A stretch of DNA of 25,040 bases from Fibrobacteria bacterium (GTDB lineage Bacteria; Fibrobacterota; Fibrobacteria; UBA11236), in contig JAYTSD010000042.1 of the NCBI GenBank assembly GCA_043745805.1, forward strand, positions 1 to 25,040. The letters run 5' to 3'. A model generated the notes under the pieces. That model worked only from the letters and a program-made list of their open reading frames with translations. It was not told the DNA's origin and made no database searches. The position numbers and the translations under genes are program-made. Of the stretch, positions 1 to 11,578 are shown piece after piece (within the stretch, counting starts at the first letter, position 1; every line of letters begins with the position of its first letter).

Positions 1-1
1 A

Positions 2-103
2 GAATTAATTACACCGATAGCCATGGCTAAGGATTTGCGTTTCGCTATTCGCGAAGGCGGTCGTACCGTGGGTGCTGGTGTTGTTTCGGAAATCATAGCG
101 TAG
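2..103 (+). CDS. tuf: Elongation factor Tu, C-terminal end (partial at window edge)
   Basis: Manual translation [46 protein letters not shown] is the EF-Tu C-terminal signature. Confidence 0.97.
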   Translation, partial: ELITPIAMAKDLRFAIREGGRTVGAGVVSEIIA

Positions 104-151
104 TCGTTGAAATCGATTTAGGAACTTTAGGAAAGTCAAAGAGGTTTAAGA

Positions 152-460
152 GTGGCAGGTGAAAGAATCAGAATTCGGCTCAAGTCTTTCGATCATCGCA
201 TGATCGATAAGTCGGCAGCTGATATCGTTAGAACGGCTCGCAATTCAGGAGCTAAAATTGTAGGACCAATACCCCTTCCTATTAAAAAGAGGATTTACAC
301 GGTTATTCGTTCTCCGCATGTTAATAAAACATCGCGTGAACAATTTGAATCCAGAACGCATAAGAGATTGATTGATATTATCGACTCTACCCCACAAACC
401 ATCGACTCTTTGATGAAGTTGGACTTACCAGCTGGCGTTGAAGTGGAAATAAAGGTGTAA
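152..460 (+). CDS. rpsJ: 30S ribosomal protein S10
   Basis: [34 protein letters not shown] start after GAGGT SD. Confidence 0.99.
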   Translation: MAGERIRIRLKSFDHRMIDKSAADIVRTARNSGAKIVGPIPLPIKKRIYTVIRSPHVNKTSREQFESRTHKRLIDIIDSTPQTIDSLMKLDLPAGVEVEIKV

Positions 461-461
461 T

Positions 462-1085
462 ATGTTGGGATTAGTAGGAAAAAAATTGGGAATGACCCAA
501 GTATTTAATGCAGCCGGCGAAGCCGTTCCTGTTACCGTAATCGAAGCGTTACCCGCTACTATTTTGGCTTTGTTAACCAAAGAAAAAAACGGTTATGAAG
601 CTGTAAAATTAGCTTCAGGTAAAGCTCGTCTTAAAACTTTGAATAAAGCAGACGCAGGTCAATTCACAAAATCAGGAATGGTTCCTGCAAAAAACCTAGC
701 TGAGTTTCGCGTAACCGATTTGGCGAGCTTTGAATTAGGCAAAGAATTAACTGTTTCTCTTTTTGAGAATGAAAAATGGATAACCGTTTGCGGCACAAGC
801 AAAGGCTGCGGTTTCCAAGGAACTATTAAGCGTCATGGCTTTAGCCGTGGACCCATGTCACATGGTTCGCATAACCATCGCGCTCCTGGTTCTATTGGTG
901 CGCATACTTTCCCTGCTCGCGTTTTTCCTGGTCAAAAATTACCTGGACATATGGGCGATGCACAAAAAACGGTCAAGAATTTGGAATTGGTCCGAATTGA
1001 TGTCGAAAAAAACTTGCTCTTTGTGAAGGGCGCAGTTCCTGGCCCTAAGAACAGCGAAGTGATTGTGAGAAAACAACATGGCTAA
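462..1085 (+). CDS. rplC: 50S ribosomal protein L3
   Basis: [23 protein letters not shown]; operon position. Confidence 0.99.
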   Translation: MLGLVGKKLGMTQVFNAAGEAVPVTVIEALPATILALLTKEKNGYEAVKLASGKARLKTLNKADAGQFTKSGMVPAKNLAEFRVTDLASFELGKELTVSLFENEKWITVCGTSKGCGFQGTIKRHGFSRGPMSHGSHNHRAPGSIGAHTFPARVFPGQKLPGHMGDAQKTVKNLELVRIDVEKNLLFVKGAVPGPKNSEVIVRKQHG

Positions 1086-1701
1086 AGCGAAATTGTATGC
1101 CTTAGACGGCACCTATAAAAGTGAAACTGAATTGCCTGGCGAATATTTCGAACAGGAAATCAATGAACATGTCATGTTCTTGGCAGTTAAAGCTTATTTA
1201 GCGAATCAACGTCAGGGTAATCATAAAACCAAAACCCGTAGCGAAGTAAGCGGTGGCGGTAAAAAACCTTGGAAGCAAAAAGGTACTGGTCGCGCTCGTC
1301 AGGGTTCGAATACGGCTCCTAACTTTGCTCGCGGTGGTAAGGCACATGGACCGGCTCCCCGTTTATACAAACAAGATTTGAATGCAAAAGTTCGTCGTAA
1401 AGCCTTGAAGTCTGCACTTTCGCTTAAGGCCAAAGAAAACAGCATTCATATTTTCGAAAACTTGCTCATGCAAGCGCCTAAAACCAAAGACTTGGTAAAG
1501 GTATTGCAAAAGGCAGCACTCTCTGGCCAAAAGAATTTGATTTTGGTAACCGAGTCCGATAAGAATTTGCTATTAGCAGCACGAAATATACCTGACATAC
1601 GTGTTGAACGTGTGCAAGATATGAATACTTATGAAGTATTACATGCTACTAATGCCATATTCACAGACGCAGCCATCAAAGCTTTAGCGGCGAAGGCATA
1701 G
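1078..1701 (+). CDS. rplD: 50S ribosomal protein L4
   Basis: RSEVSGGGKKPWKQKGTGRARQG. Confidence 0.99.
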   Translation: MAKAKLYALDGTYKSETELPGEYFEQEINEHVMFLAVKAYLANQRQGNHKTKTRSEVSGGGKKPWKQKGTGRARQGSNTAPNFARGGKAHGPAPRLYKQDLNAKVRRKALKSALSLKAKENSIHIFENLLMQAPKTKDLVKVLQKAALSGQKNLILVTESDKNLLLAARNIPDIRVERVQDMNTYEVLHATNAIFTDAAIKALAAKA

Positions 1702-1711
1702 TAGAGGCAAT

Positions 1712-1996
1712 ATGAAACCGGTAAAAGACATCATCGTATATCCGCACAACACGGAAAAAACCACCGCTTCTCGTTTAAAAGCCAATCAATATGCTTTTAA
1801 AGTAAGTTGCGATGCAAATAAAACCCAAATTAAGAGAGCTATCGAAACTCGTTTTCAAGTAATCGTGCTCTCGGTAAATACCGTAAATAGCATCGGTAAA
1901 CTAGTAAGAACACGCGGCATCGAAGGCCGTCGTCCAAACTGGAAAAAGGCAATCGTCCGTCTTAAAGAAGGCGATGTCATCAAGGAATTGGAATAG
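1712..1996 (+). CDS. rplW: 50S ribosomal protein L23
   Basis: TEK, ANKTQIK, WKKAIVRL; operon position. Confidence 0.97.
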   Translation: MKPVKDIIVYPHNTEKTTASRLKANQYAFKVSCDANKTQIKRAIETRFQVIVLSVNTVNSIGKLVRTRGIEGRRPNWKKAIVRLKEGDVIKELE

Positions 1997-1999
1997 CAC

Positions 2000-2830
2000 A
2001 TGGCACTTAAATCATATAGACCACTTACTCCTTCACAGCGGTACAAGAAAACCTTGGACTTCAGTGAAATCACTACCAATGAGCCTTATAAGCCGTTGAC
2101 TAGTGGACAGCATGAAAAAGCTGGCCGTAACAATCGCGGTATTATTACCATGCGTCGTCGCGGTTCCGGTCATAAAAAATTATTTCGCTTGGTGGATTTC
2201 AAACGCGCTCGCGTAGGAATTGCTGCCACGGTAGAAACAATCGAATACGATCCAAATCGTACTGCGAATATTGCTTTGATTCGTTATATCGACGGTCAAC
2301 GCAGCTATATCGTAGCTCCAGAAGGATTAAAAGTGGGCCAAGTTTTGGTTCGCAAAGAAGATGCAACTTTAGAAATTGGTAATGTATTACCTCTATCTAA
2401 AATCCCTATGAATACAGCTATTCATAATATTGAATTAAAACCCGGCAAAGGCGCACAACTTGTTCGCTCTGCTGGTGGTCAAGCCGAAATCGTAGCTCGT
2501 GAAGGCAAATATGCCCAAGTGAAATTGCCTTCCGGTGAAGTTCGTCTTATTCCTCAAGACTGTTCGGCTGTTATTGGTCGCGTAGGTAATGCGGATCAAA
2601 TTAATGTAGTCAGCGGTATGGCTGGTCGTTCACGTTGGTTGGGTAAACGTCCTAAGGTTCGTGGTGTAGCTATGAATCCAGTGGATCATCCAATGGGTGG
2701 TGGCGAAGGCAAAACTGCGGGTGGTGGCCATCCTGTATCACCTTGGGGCAAAAAAGCCAAGGGCAAGAAGACGCGTAACAATAAAGTTACGGATAGATAT
2801 ATTGTTAAACGCCGTCCGAAGAACGTATAA
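2000..2830 (+). CDS. rplB: 50S ribosomal protein L2
   Basis: [30 protein letters not shown]. Confidence 0.99.
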   Translation: MALKSYRPLTPSQRYKKTLDFSEITTNEPYKPLTSGQHEKAGRNNRGIITMRRRGSGHKKLFRLVDFKRARVGIAATVETIEYDPNRTANIALIRYIDGQRSYIVAPEGLKVGQVLVRKEDATLEIGNVLPLSKIPMNTAIHNIELKPGKGAQLVRSAGGQAEIVAREGKYAQVKLPSGEVRLIPQDCSAVIGRVGNADQINVVSGMAGRSRWLGKRPKVRGVAMNPVDHPMGGGEGKTAGGGHPVSPWGKKAKGKKTRNNKVTDRYIVKRRPKNV

Positions 2831-2841
2831 GGGAGATTGAC

Positions 2842-3138
2842 GTGTCTAGATCATTAAAAAAGGGCGCATTTGTGGACAGCCATTTGAATGGCAAAGTCAA
2901 GACGATGAATGCTGCACCAAAAAAAACAGCTATCAAAACTTGGAGTCGACGTTCAACCATCACTCCAGAGTTCGTAGGCAATACTATTGCTGTGCATAAT
3001 GGCAAAATATTTATACCGGTTTTCGTTTCCGAAAATATGGTAGGGCATAAATTAGGCGAGTTCGCAGCGACGCGCACTTTCCGCGGACATGTAAAAACTG
3101 AAAAAGCCAAGGCATCACCTTCGGCTTCGAAGAAATAA
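2842..3138 (+). CDS. rpsS: 30S ribosomal protein S19
   Basis: [27 protein letters not shown] start. Confidence 0.99.
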   Translation: MSRSLKKGAFVDSHLNGKVKTMNAAPKKTAIKTWSRRSTITPEFVGNTIAVHNGKIFIPVFVSENMVGHKLGEFAATRTFRGHVKTEKAKASPSASKK

Positions 3139-3147
3139 GAGGGAATA

Positions 3148-3486
3148 ATGCAAGCTATCGCTCGTGCAAAGCATTTGCGCACTTCGCCCAATCGTATGCG
3201 GCAAGTAGCGGACTTGGTTCGCGGTAAATCCGTGGAAGCCGCCGTGGCTATCTTATTTGGTTTGAAAAAAACCAAAAAAAGTGCCGGTATGGTGGATAAA
3301 ACTTTGAAGGCGGCTATTGCCAACTTCCAAAACAATACGGAAGCAGCTAGAGGAAAAGATTTAAAAATCCAATCCATTACTGTGGACGGTGGACCTCTCA
3401 TGAAGCGCATACGCGCTCGTGCGCAAGGTCGGGCTTTCCGAATTGAAAAGAAACTAAGTCACTTGACCATCGTGATATCGGATTAA
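3148..3486 (+). CDS. rplV: 50S ribosomal protein L22
   Basis: [22 protein letters not shown]. Confidence 0.98.
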   Translation: MQAIARAKHLRTSPNRMRQVADLVRGKSVEAAVAILFGLKKTKKSAGMVDKTLKAAIANFQNNTEAARGKDLKIQSITVDGGPLMKRIRARAQGRAFRIEKKLSHLTIVISD

Positions 3487-3497
3487 CGGAGGAAACT

Positions 3498-4169
3498 TTG
3501 GGACAGAAAACCCATCCAATTGGATTCAGACTCGGCGTCATCAAAAACTGGAATTCCAGATGGTACGCAGAAAAAAACTTTGCTGATCTTCTTTATGAAG
3601 ATATGATGATTCGTCGTTACCTAAAGAAACGTTTAGGTCATGCCTCATTGTCGAATATTGGCATCGAACGCACTGTTAAAGAAGTGACTGTGAATATTTT
3701 CACCGCTCGTCCAGGTGTTGTGATCGGTAAAAAGGGTGAAGAAGTAGAACGCATCAAAGGCGAGCTTCAGCACTTAACCGGTAAAGAGATTTACATCAAT
3801 ATCCGCGAAATCAAACGTCCGGAAGTCGATGCACAGCTTGTTGCTGAAAACATTGCTCGTCAATTAGAAAAACGCGTTGCTTTCCGCCGCTGCATGAAAA
3901 AGGCCGTTCAAAGTGCTATGCGCTTGGGCGCTCTCGGAATTAAAATCCAATGCGGTGGTCGTTTAGGCGGAGCTGAAATCGCTCGTACTGAAAAAGTTCG
4001 TGAAGGTCGTATTCCTTTGCAAACCATTCGTGCCGACATTGATTATGCTATTGCTCGTGCTGAGACCACTTATGGTACCGTGGGTATTAAAGTGTGGATT
4101 TTCAAGGGTGAAATTATTAAGCGTGAAGACCTCAGTGCCCAAAATGAATCGGAAAGGGTGATGGTTTAA
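3498..4169 (+). CDS. rpsC: 30S ribosomal protein S3
   Basis: [26 protein letters not shown] start after GGAGG. Confidence 0.99.
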   Translation: MGQKTHPIGFRLGVIKNWNSRWYAEKNFADLLYEDMMIRRYLKKRLGHASLSNIGIERTVKEVTVNIFTARPGVVIGKKGEEVERIKGELQHLTGKEIYINIREIKRPEVDAQLVAENIARQLEKRVAFRRCMKKAVQSAMRLGALGIKIQCGGRLGGAEIARTEKVREGRIPLQTIRADIDYAIARAETTYGTVGIKVWIFKGEIIKREDLSAQNESERVMV

Positions 4170-4582
4170 TGCTAAGTCCTAAGAAAGTTAAGTATCGCAA
4201 GACACAACGTGGCCGCATGAAGGGCATGGCAAGTCGCGGAACATCTCTCGCCTTTGGCGAATTTGGAATCCAAGCTTTGGAATCCGCATGGGTAACCAAT
4301 CGTCAACTCGAAGCAGCGCGTATTGCGATGACTCGTAAAATTAAAAGAGGTGGTAAAGTGTGGATTCGGGTATTTCCAGATAAGCCTATCACCAAAAAAC
4401 CTGCTGAAACTCGTATGGGTTCCGGTAAAGGTAATCCTGAAGGTTGGGTAGCGGTAGTTAGAGCCGGACGCATCCTTTTTGAAATGGGCGGTGTGGATCG
4501 TGCATTGGCCATGGAAGCACTTGGCGTTGCAGCTCAGAAGCTTCCCATCAGAACAAAAATTTGTGAGGTGACCATTGATTAA
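4169..4582 (+). CDS. rplP: 50S ribosomal protein L16
   Basis: [18 protein letters not shown]. Confidence 0.99.
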   Translation: MLSPKKVKYRKTQRGRMKGMASRGTSLAFGEFGIQALESAWVTNRQLEAARIAMTRKIKRGGKVWIRVFPDKPITKKPAETRMGSGKGNPEGWVAVVRAGRILFEMGGVDRALAMEALGVAAQKLPIRTKICEVTID

Positions 4583-4784
4583 GGCCAAAGATTTACAAGA
4601 ATTGGCACCAACCGCCTTGGTAGAAAAAGTCAAGGAGTTAGAAGGCAATATTTTCAACTTAAGAATTCAAGCAAGCATGGGTAAATTGGAAAACAGTTCC
4701 TTGCTTCGCATCAATCGTCGCGAAATTGCTATCGCCAAGACGGTTCTTCAGCAAAAATCCTCCAAAGCTAAGGCGGGAGTTTAA
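4575..4784 (+). CDS. rpmC: 50S ribosomal protein L29
   Basis: [18 protein letters not shown]; position between rplP and rpsQ; TTG start after GAGGTG. Confidence 0.95.
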   Translation: MIKAKDLQELAPTALVEKVKELEGNIFNLRIQASMGKLENSSLLRINRREIAIAKTVLQQKSSKAKAGV

Positions 4785-4785
4785 C

Positions 4786-5049
4786 ATGACTATAGATAGA
4801 GATAATAGACGCAAAGTTAAAACGGGCATTGTGACTAGTGACAAAATGAATAAAACTGTTACGGTTGCGGTGATCAATAAAACGTCACATCCTTTATACG
4901 GTAAAACCATTACCAATACATCTAAGCTTAAAGCTCATGATGAAGAAAATACTGCCAAAGAAGGGGATACTGTGGAAATCATGGAAACCCGTCCTTTGAG
5001 CAAAGACAAGTGCTGGCGTTTAGTGCGCATCATTCAACGCAAGAAATAA
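4786..5049 (+). CDS. rpsQ: 30S ribosomal protein S17
   Basis: [23 protein letters not shown]; start set to ATG 4786 after GGGAG rather than the ORF-track start at 4726. Confidence 0.98.
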   Translation: MTIDRDNRRKVKTGIVTSDKMNKTVTVAVINKTSHPLYGKTITNTSKLKAHDEENTAKEGDTVEIMETRPLSKDKCWRLVRIIQRKK

Positions 5050-5063
5050 TCGGAGAATAAACA

Positions 5064-5432
5064 ATGATTCAGCAACAAACACGCTTAAGTGTCGCCGACA
5101 ATTCCGGTGCCAAAGAAGTCCAATGCATTAAGGTGCTTGGTGGCACAAGACGTCGTTATGCCAGCTTAGGTGATATCATTGTGGTAGCTGTTAAAACTGC
5201 TGCCCCAACGAGTGGCGTAAAAAAAGGTAGTGTGCAAAAAGCCGTTGTGGTGCGCACTATTAAAGAAGTAAAACGTAAAGATGGTTCTTGCATTCGCTTT
5301 GGCGACAATGCCGTGGTGATTATCAATGAAAATAATGAACCTAAAGGTTCGCGTATTTTTGGACCGGTAGCTCGTGAGTTACGTGAAAAACAATTCATGA
5401 AAATTGTTTCGCTTGCTCCGGAGGTAATTTAA
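5064..5432 (+). CDS. rplN: 50S ribosomal protein L14
   Basis: [25 protein letters not shown]. Confidence 0.99.
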   Translation: MIQQQTRLSVADNSGAKEVQCIKVLGGTRRRYASLGDIIVVAVKTAAPTSGVKKGSVQKAVVVRTIKEVKRKDGSCIRFGDNAVVIINENNEPKGSRIFGPVARELREKQFMKIVSLAPEVI

Positions 5433-5749
5433 TGCCTATTCATTTTAAAAAAGACGATAAAGTAAAAGTTATCTCGGGTAAAGCAAAAGATTCCGAAGGT
5501 CGCATCATTAGCGTCAATCGTGAAAAGGGCAAAGTCATTATTGAAGGTGTCAATAAAGGCAAAAAGCATATGAAGCCCAATGCTAAAAATGAAAAGGGTG
5601 GGATTTTGGAGAAGGAAATGCCAGTGGCTATTTCCAATATCATGCTCATCAGCCCCAAGTCGAATAAGCCAGTAAAAGTGGCGAAGAAGACGGGCGCAAA
5701 TGGTAAACGGGTACGGGTCGAGAAGAAGACCGGCAATCCAATCGACTAA
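5432..5749 (+). CDS. rplX: 50S ribosomal protein L24
   Basis: KOW-like [26 protein letters not shown]. Confidence 0.98.
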   Translation: MPIHFKKDDKVKVISGKAKDSEGRIISVNREKGKVIIEGVNKGKKHMKPNAKNEKGGILEKEMPVAISNIMLISPKSNKPVKVAKKTGANGKRVRVEKKTGNPID

Positions 5750-5775
5750 TAGATACTGAATCAAAGGGTATAACG

Positions 5776-6330
5776 GTGCAACGTTTAAAAGAAAAATATC
5801 TCAAGGAAATAGTTCCTGCTCTGAAAGAGGAACTAGGACTAAGCAATGTCATGCAAGTGCCACGCTTAGAAAAAGTTGTGATCAACATGGGTGTTGGTGA
5901 AGCAACAGGAAATCAACGCTTGATCGACGAAGTGGTGAGTACAATCTCCGCCATTACCGGTCAAAAGCCTGTGGCCACACGCGCTAAAAAGGCTATCTCG
6001 AATTTTAAAATTCGTGAAAACTTGCCTATCGGTGCGAAGGTAACTTTGCATGGCGAAAAAATGTGGGACTTTGTGGACCGCTTGATCACCATTGCTTTAC
6101 CTCGTGTACGCGATTTTCGCGGCGTACCTCGCCGTGGCTTTGATGGAAGTGGTAATTATACCATGGGTGTCAAAGAACAAATTATTTTCTTAGAAATTAA
6201 TTATGACAAAATCAGTCAATTGCTTGGTATGGATATCAGTTTTGTTACCAGCTCGCAAAATGACGAAGGATGCCGCGCACTATTAGTTGCTTTAGGTATG
6301 CCTTTTAGAAAAGAAAACACTAAGACTTAG
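5776..6330 (+). CDS. rplE: 50S ribosomal protein L5
   Basis: [28 protein letters not shown] start. Confidence 0.99.
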   Translation: MQRLKEKYLKEIVPALKEELGLSNVMQVPRLEKVVINMGVGEATGNQRLIDEVVSTISAITGQKPVATRAKKAISNFKIRENLPIGAKVTLHGEKMWDFVDRLITIALPRVRDFRGVPRRGFDGSGNYTMGVKEQIIFLEINYDKISQLLGMDISFVTSSQNDEGCRALLVALGMPFRKENTKT

Positions 6331-6341
6331 TAGGGTTTGAT

Positions 6342-6527
6342 ATGGCCAAGAGATCGATGATTGAAAAGCAAAAGCGCACTGCAAAATTTACTGTGCGCCA
6401 ATATAATCGCTGCCGCCGATGTGGCAGACCCAGAGCTTATATGCGCAAATTCGGCTTATGCCGTATTTGTTTCCGGGAAATGGCTTTGGTCGGTGAAATT
6501 CCTGGCATTACGAAAGCATCCTGGTAA
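6342..6527 (+). CDS. rpsN: 30S ribosomal protein S14, type Z (zinc-binding, C+)
   Basis: 61 aa; CRRC...CRIC; KASW end. Confidence 0.98.
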   Translation: MAKRSMIEKQKRTAKFTVRQYNRCRRCGRPRAYMRKFGLCRICFREMALVGEIPGITKASW

Positions 6528-6552
6528 TTCAGGTTAAGGAAAAGAGAGAGCA

Positions 6553-6951
6553 ATGAGTGGAATAACGGATATAGTTGGTGACATGATCACACGGATTCGC
6601 AATGCGTCCAGTGTGAAGAAAAAAGTGGTAGAAATCCCTGCGTCGAATCTTCGTCGGGAAATCGCTAAGATTTTGGTACGCAGACATTTTGCTTCGAAAT
6701 TCGTTATTGTTGACGATGGCAAACAAGGAATACTTAAAATTCTTTTGAAATATACCGATGGTGAATCAGCGATACAAGGTATCCAACGCATCAGTACCCC
6801 AGGTCGTCGTGCCTATGCAGGTTCCGACCGTTTACCTAAAGTTTTAAATGGTTTGGGTATGGCAATTATTTCTACATCCAAAGGGTTGTTAACCGATCAC
6901 GAAGCTCGCGCGCAAAAAATTGGCGGCGAAATTATTTGCAAGGTTTGGTAA
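6553..6951 (+). CDS. rpsH: 30S ribosomal protein S8
   Basis: DMITRIRNA, STPGRR, IISTSKG, GGEIIC. Confidence 0.99.
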   Translation: MSGITDIVGDMITRIRNASSVKKKVVEIPASNLRREIAKILVRRHFASKFVIVDDGKQGILKILLKYTDGESAIQGIQRISTPGRRAYAGSDRLPKVLNGLGMAIISTSKGLLTDHEARAQKIGGEIICKVW

Positions 6952-6958
6952 GGTCAAG

Positions 6959-7492
6959 ATGTCGAGAATAGGTAAAGCAATAATTACTATCCCAGCTGGG
7001 GTAAAATTTAACGTCACCGGACAACATGTTTTGGTGGAAGGACCGAAAGGTCAATTAGTTTTTGATGTGCATGAAAAAATAGCCATCGAAAGAGCTGGCG
7101 AAGAAGTTACTTTGAAACGTTCTTCCGATGCAAAAGCCGAACGTGCCTTGCATGGTACCTCACGCGCTGTGTTACAAAACATGGTTACTGGAGTTACCAA
7201 AGGTTTCACTAAAGAATTAGAAATTCGCGGTGTAGGTTTTCGCGGTGAACAAAAAGGCAAAGCTATCAATTTATTGTTGGGCTTTTCGCATCCCGTGGTT
7301 TTCGATCCACCAGCAGGCGTGAATGTTAAAATGGAAGGCAATGTGAAAATCATTGTTGATGGCATTGACAAACAAAAAGTCGGCCAGGTAGCAGCCACGA
7401 TACGTGGATATCGACCCCCAGAACCCTATAAGGGCAAGGGCGTACGCTATGTTAATGAAGTTGTAAAACAAAAAGAAGTTAAGAAGTCGTAA
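6959..7492 (+). CDS. rplF: 50S ribosomal protein L6
   Basis: MSRIGK start at ATG 6959; PEPYKGKGVRY. Confidence 0.99.
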   Translation: MSRIGKAIITIPAGVKFNVTGQHVLVEGPKGQLVFDVHEKIAIERAGEEVTLKRSSDAKAERALHGTSRAVLQNMVTGVTKGFTKELEIRGVGFRGEQKGKAINLLLGFSHPVVFDPPAGVNVKMEGNVKIIVDGIDKQKVGQVAATIRGYRPPEPYKGKGVRYVNEVVKQKEVKKS

Positions 7493-7501
7493 GGAATACC
7501 C

Positions 7502-7876
7502 ATGTTTGCAGATAAAGCAAAAATTAGGCAAGAGTCGCGCAATGCGCGTCATGAACGGATTCGTAAGAAGATCTCTGGTACCGCAGAACGTCCTCGTTTT
7601 TGTGTACGTAGAAGTCTCAACAATATGTATGCACAAATTATCGATGATAAATCTGGTAAATCATTGTTGCAAATTTCTTCCTTATCCGCTGACTTGCGTG
7701 AAAAAGGAAAAGAAATTTCGAAAACTGAAATCTCCAAAGTATTGGGGACTTTAATAGCCACCAAAGCCTTGGCTGCAGGAATCGAAAATGTTGTATTTGA
7801 CCGCGGTGGATATTTATTCCACGGTCGTGTAAAAGCCGTAGCAGAAGCTGCGCGCGAAGCGGGCTTAAAGTTTTAA
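7502..7876 (+). CDS. rplR: 50S ribosomal protein L18
   Basis: [28 protein letters not shown]. Confidence 0.99.
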   Translation: MFADKAKIRQESRNARHERIRKKISGTAERPRFCVRRSLNNMYAQIIDDKSGKSLLQISSLSADLREKGKEISKTEISKVLGTLIATKALAAGIENVVFDRGGYLFHGRVKAVAEAAREAGLKF

Positions 7877-7891
7877 CCATTGAGGATGCAA

Positions 7892-8377
7892 TTGGAAACT
7901 GAAAACAAAACTGAGTTTCAAGAAAAAGTAGTGGCTATTAACCGCTGCGCCAAGGTGGTCAAAGGTGGCCGTCGCTTTAGCTTTAACGCCATTGTAGTGG
8001 TGGGTAATGGCAATGGTCGAATTGGCACAGGTTCCGGTAAAGCTAATGAAGTGGCCGAAGCCATTCGTAAAGCTACGGAAAACGCCCATAAGAATTTGGT
8101 GGATGTTATTTTACTTAACAAAACCATTCCTCATGAAGTGTATAGCCGCTTCGGTGCTGCCAAAGTGTACATGCGCCCTGCTTCACCAGGTACGGGTGTT
8201 ATCGCTGGTGGTGCGGCTCGTGCCGTTCTAGAATTAGCTGGCGTGCATGATGTACTTACTAAAAATATTGGTTCGACCAATCCTCACAATGTAGTGAAGG
8301 CCACTTTACAAGGCTTACTCGATCAACGTTCGAGAAAAGAGTTTGCGATCTTGCGTCAAGTGGTGAAGAAAGTTTAA
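7892..8377 (+). CDS. rpsE: 30S ribosomal protein S5
   Basis: [19 protein letters not shown]; start uncertain (TTG 7892 is best spaced from GAGG; ATG 7886 is the alternative). Confidence 0.97.
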   Translation: METENKTEFQEKVVAINRCAKVVKGGRRFSFNAIVVVGNGNGRIGTGSGKANEVAEAIRKATENAHKNLVDVILLNKTIPHEVYSRFGAAKVYMRPASPGTGVIAGGAARAVLELAGVHDVLTKNIGSTNPHNVVKATLQGLLDQRSRKEFAILRQVVKKV

Positions 8378-8386
8378 GGAAAGAAA

Positions 8387-8575
8387 ATGAGCGATACAGT
8401 AAAAATTACGCAAAAAGTAAGCTCCATTCGTTGCTTGATTAAGCAAAAGCGCACCTTACAAGCCCTAGGCTTGCGTGGCGTACGAAAAAGTGTAGTCTTG
8501 AAAAAAGGTCCAGCATTGACTGGCATGTTAAGAGTAGTTGCACATTTAGTGCAAGTTGAGGATGTGAAAGCATGA
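8387..8575 (+). CDS. rpmD: 50S ribosomal protein L30
   Basis: QKRTLQALGL, GMLRVVAHLV; position between rpsE and rplO. Confidence 0.96.
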   Translation: MSDTVKITQKVSSIRCLIKQKRTLQALGLRGVRKSVVLKKGPALTGMLRVVAHLVQVEDVKA

Positions 8576-9009
8576 TATTGACAAACTTAAAGCCTATTGC
8601 AGGCTCGCATAAAAAGAGTTTCAAAGTGGGTCGTGGTCCAGGATCTGGTCTCGGCAAAACTTGTGGACGTGGAACTAAAGGTGCTGGCGCTCGTAAAAGC
8701 CCCGGCCGTAGTCCAGGTTTTGAAGGTGGTCAAATGCCTTTGCAACGTCGTATCGCTAAGGTTGGCTTTCGTTCGCATTTCCCACGTAACACGCAAATCG
8801 TAAACTTACGCAGCTTGGAAAAGCTGGCTGTAGGAACTGTTACGGTTATCGAATTAGTCGCGGCTGGAATTGTAGAAGATTTGCAAAAACCGATTAAAAT
8901 TTTGGGAACTGGCAAATTGACTAAAGCCTTCAAGGTTAAAGCCAATAAGTTTAGTGCCTCAGCCGAAGCTGCTATTGTAGCCGCTGGTGGTTCGGTAGAG
9001 GTAATTTAA
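8572..9009 (+). CDS. rplO: 50S ribosomal protein L15
   Basis: GRGPGSGLGKTCGRG, GFEGGQMPL. Confidence 0.99.
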   Translation: MILTNLKPIAGSHKKSFKVGRGPGSGLGKTCGRGTKGAGARKSPGRSPGFEGGQMPLQRRIAKVGFRSHFPRNTQIVNLRSLEKLAVGTVTVIELVAAGIVEDLQKPIKILGTGKLTKAFKVKANKFSASAEAAIVAAGGSVEVI

Positions 9010-9010
9010 A

Positions 9011-10339
9011 GTGCAAGCACTTCAAGGTTTTTTAAACGTATTTAAAATCAAAGAACTTCGTACTAAGATCTTACTTACGCTCGGTATATTAGCCATATAC
9101 CGCCTTGGAGGATATATCCCTCTTCCTGGAATAGTGAACTCTGCTATTAATGAGTTCTTCAGTAAAAATTCGAATAATTTGTTTGGCCTCTATAACACCT
9201 TTGTAGGTGGAGCTTTGCAACGCGCCTCGATTTTTTCCTTAGGAATCATGCCTTACATTAGTGCTTCGATTATTGTCCAACTGTTAGGGACAGTGATTAA
9301 AGAAGTACAACAATTACAAAAACAAGGTGCCGAAGGTCGCGCTAAACTTACCCAATGGACACGTTATGGAACTATTATAATTAGTGCTTTGCAGTCTTGG
9401 GGTGTTGCCACTTGGCTTTATAGTCAAAGTACACCTACCGGCCAAAGCTTGATTGCTCCTGGAATGGGTAAATTCACTTTCATTTCATTGACTATTTTGA
9501 CACTTACAACGGGAACTATTTTTATCATGTGGTTGGGCGAACAAATTACCGCCCGCGGCATTGGTAACGGAATATCTTTAATTATTTTCATTGGTATTAT
9601 GGCTCAAATGCCTCGCGCTATTATCAGCGAATGGGAATTGGTCATTAGTGGTGAAAGAAGTGTTCCATTGGAAATTGTTATAATCGGGATAGTAATAGCC
9701 ATTACTGCTTTCATTATCTTCATAGACCAAGGCACGAGGCGCATTCCCTTGCAAAGTCCAAAACGTGTTGTTGGTCGTAAAGTAATGGGTGGTCAGAATA
9801 GTTTTCTTCCTTTTAAAGTGAATACTGCTGGTGTTATGCCAGTAATTTTTTCCTCGGCTATTATGTTTGTACCTGCGCAAATTGCTTCTTTTATGCCTAA
9901 TTTCAGTGCTGCACAAAGCTTTGGAAACGCATTTTTACCAGGTCATTGGGTTTACTCCTTGGTATTTACCGTTCTTATTGTATTTTTCGCATATTTTTAT
10001 ACGGCCATTATGTATAACCCAAAAGAAATTTCGGAAAACTTGAAAAAGTCAGGTGGTTTTATTCCTGGTGTTCGTCCAGGCCGTAAAACAGCTGAATTTA
10101 TCGACCAAATCTTGACTCGGGTGACCTTACCTGGAGCGATATTTTTGGCCTTAATCAGTGTGGGACCATTACATCTCAAACAGGCTTTAAACATGTCTTT
10201 CTATATCGGTGGCACTAGCGTATTAATCGCTATTGGCGTGGCTTTAGAAACTTTAAGACAATTGCAAACCCATTTGCAAAATCAACACTATGATGGATTT
10301 ATCCGCAAGGGTAAAATCCGCGGTAGAAGAGGGTTTTAA
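9011..10339 (+). CDS. secY: Preprotein translocase subunit SecY
   Basis: [33 protein letters not shown]; multiple hydrophobic segments; GTG start. Confidence 0.99.
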   Translation: MQALQGFLNVFKIKELRTKILLTLGILAIYRLGGYIPLPGIVNSAINEFFSKNSNNLFGLYNTFVGGALQRASIFSLGIMPYISASIIVQLLGTVIKEVQQLQKQGAEGRAKLTQWTRYGTIIISALQSWGVATWLYSQSTPTGQSLIAPGMGKFTFISLTILTLTTGTIFIMWLGEQITARGIGNGISLIIFIGIMAQMPRAIISEWELVISGERSVPLEIVIIGIVIAITAFIIFIDQGTRRIPLQSPKRVVGRKVMGGQNSFLPFKVNTAGVMPVIFSSAIMFVPAQIASFMPNFSAAQSFGNAFLPGHWVYSLVFTVLIVFFAYFYTAIMYNPKEISENLKKSGGFIPGVRPGRKTAEFIDQILTRVTLPGAIFLALISVGPLHLKQALNMSFYIGGTSVLIAIGVALETLRQLQTHLQNQHYDGFIRKGKIRGRRGF

Positions 10340-10557
10340 TGGGAAAACAAGAGGGCATTCAAGTTGACGGTAAGGTAGTAGAGGCATTGCCAAACGCTAT
10401 GTTTAAAGTCGAACTGGACAATGGCCATATCATCTTGGCACATATTTCAGGAAAAATGCGAAAAAATTACATTCGTATTTTACCAAGTGACCGGGTTTTA
10501 TTAGAATTATCGCCCTACGATTTAACGCGGGGAAGAATTACTTACAGGCATAAATGA
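10339..10557 (+). CDS. infA: Translation initiation factor IF-1
   Basis: [23 protein letters not shown]. Confidence 0.99.
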   Translation: MGKQEGIQVDGKVVEALPNAMFKVELDNGHIILAHISGKMRKNYIRILPSDRVLLELSPYDLTRGRITYRHK

Positions 10558-10564
10558 GGAAAGA

Positions 10565-10681
10565 ATGAAAGTCAGAGCTTCAGTTAAACCGAGATGTGAA
10601 GATTGTAAAATAGTGCGCCGCAAGGGTGTGGTGCGAATCATTTGCAAAAAAAATCCTCGTCATAAACAGAGACAGGGTTAG
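10565..10681 (+). CDS. rpmJ: 50S ribosomal protein L36 (C+); absent from ORF track
   Basis: Manual translation [38 protein letters not shown]. Confidence 0.98.
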   Translation: MKVRASVKPRCEDCKIVRRKGVVRIICKKNPRHKQRQG

Positions 10682-10689
10682 GAGATAAA

Positions 10690-11058
10690 GTGGCACGTAT
10701 TGCTGGTGTAGACATACCAAATAACAAACGCAGTGAAATCGGATTAACCTATATCTTCGGATTAGGTCGCAAATCGGTTTTGGATATTTTGAAAAAAGCA
10801 TCTATTGATGTAGGAAAAAAAATTGGTGAATTAACCGAAGAAGATATCGGTAAATTGCGTCGCGTCATCGAAGGCGGTTATACCACTGAAGGTGATTTAC
10901 GTTCGCAAATTGGCATCAATATCAAACGCTTGGTAGATATCGGTTGCTATCGTGGCTTACGCCATCGCAAAGGCTTGCCTGTGCGCGGTCAGAGAACCAA
11001 AACCAATGCGCGTACGCGTAAGGGTCCTCGTAAGACTATGGCGAACAAAAAGAAATAA
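10690..11058 (+). CDS. rpsM: 30S ribosomal protein S13
   Basis: [37 protein letters not shown] start. Confidence 0.99.
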   Translation: MARIAGVDIPNNKRSEIGLTYIFGLGRKSVLDILKKASIDVGKKIGELTEEDIGKLRRVIEGGYTTEGDLRSQIGINIKRLVDIGCYRGLRHRKGLPVRGQRTKTNARTRKGPRKTMANKKK

Positions 11059-11084
11059 ACCCTCTAAGGTATTAAGGATTTGTA

Positions 11085-11534
11085 ATGGCTGATGAAAAGA
11101 AGCAAAGTGACGAAAAAGGCCATGCCGAAGCGGCAAAAGGCGAAGACGGCGATGCGAAAGTTAAAGTAAAGAAAAACAAACGCAAAGTTGATGTGCAGGG
11201 TTGCTGCATGATCAAAGCGACTTTCAATAATACTGTTGTTTCTATCACAGATATTAACGGCAACGTTATTTCTTGGGGAACTCCTGGTAAAGCAGGCTTT
11301 AAAGGTTCGCGCAAAAGTACTCCTTTTGCCGCACAAGTTGCCGCTGAAGCGGCTGCTGTTACCGCTCATGAAATGGGCATGCGTAAATTAGATGTACGTG
11401 TTAAAGGTGCGGGTGCAGGCCGTGAATCCGCCATCCGTGCGCTCAAAGCCGCAGGTATGGAAATTCTGACTATTAAGGACGTAACAGGCGTACCGCATAA
11501 TGGTTGCCGTCCTAAGAAAAGAAGAAGAGTTTAA
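11085..11534 (+). CDS. rpsK: 30S ribosomal protein S11
   Basis: [25 protein letters not shown]. Confidence 0.99.
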   Translation: MADEKKQSDEKGHAEAAKGEDGDAKVKVKKNKRKVDVQGCCMIKATFNNTVVSITDINGNVISWGTPGKAGFKGSRKSTPFAAQVAAEAAAVTAHEMGMRKLDVRVKGAGAGRESAIRALKAAGMEILTIKDVTGVPHNGCRPKKRRRV

Positions 11535-11578
11535 GCAAGTAGAAGAGATTAACAACAAACAGATCGGGAATAAGCAAC

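Noticed and set aside
4726..6958. Extended ORF-track starts for rpsQ (4726) and rplF (6920)
   Set aside because: They overlap upstream genes; the canonical N-termini begin at 4786 and 6959.
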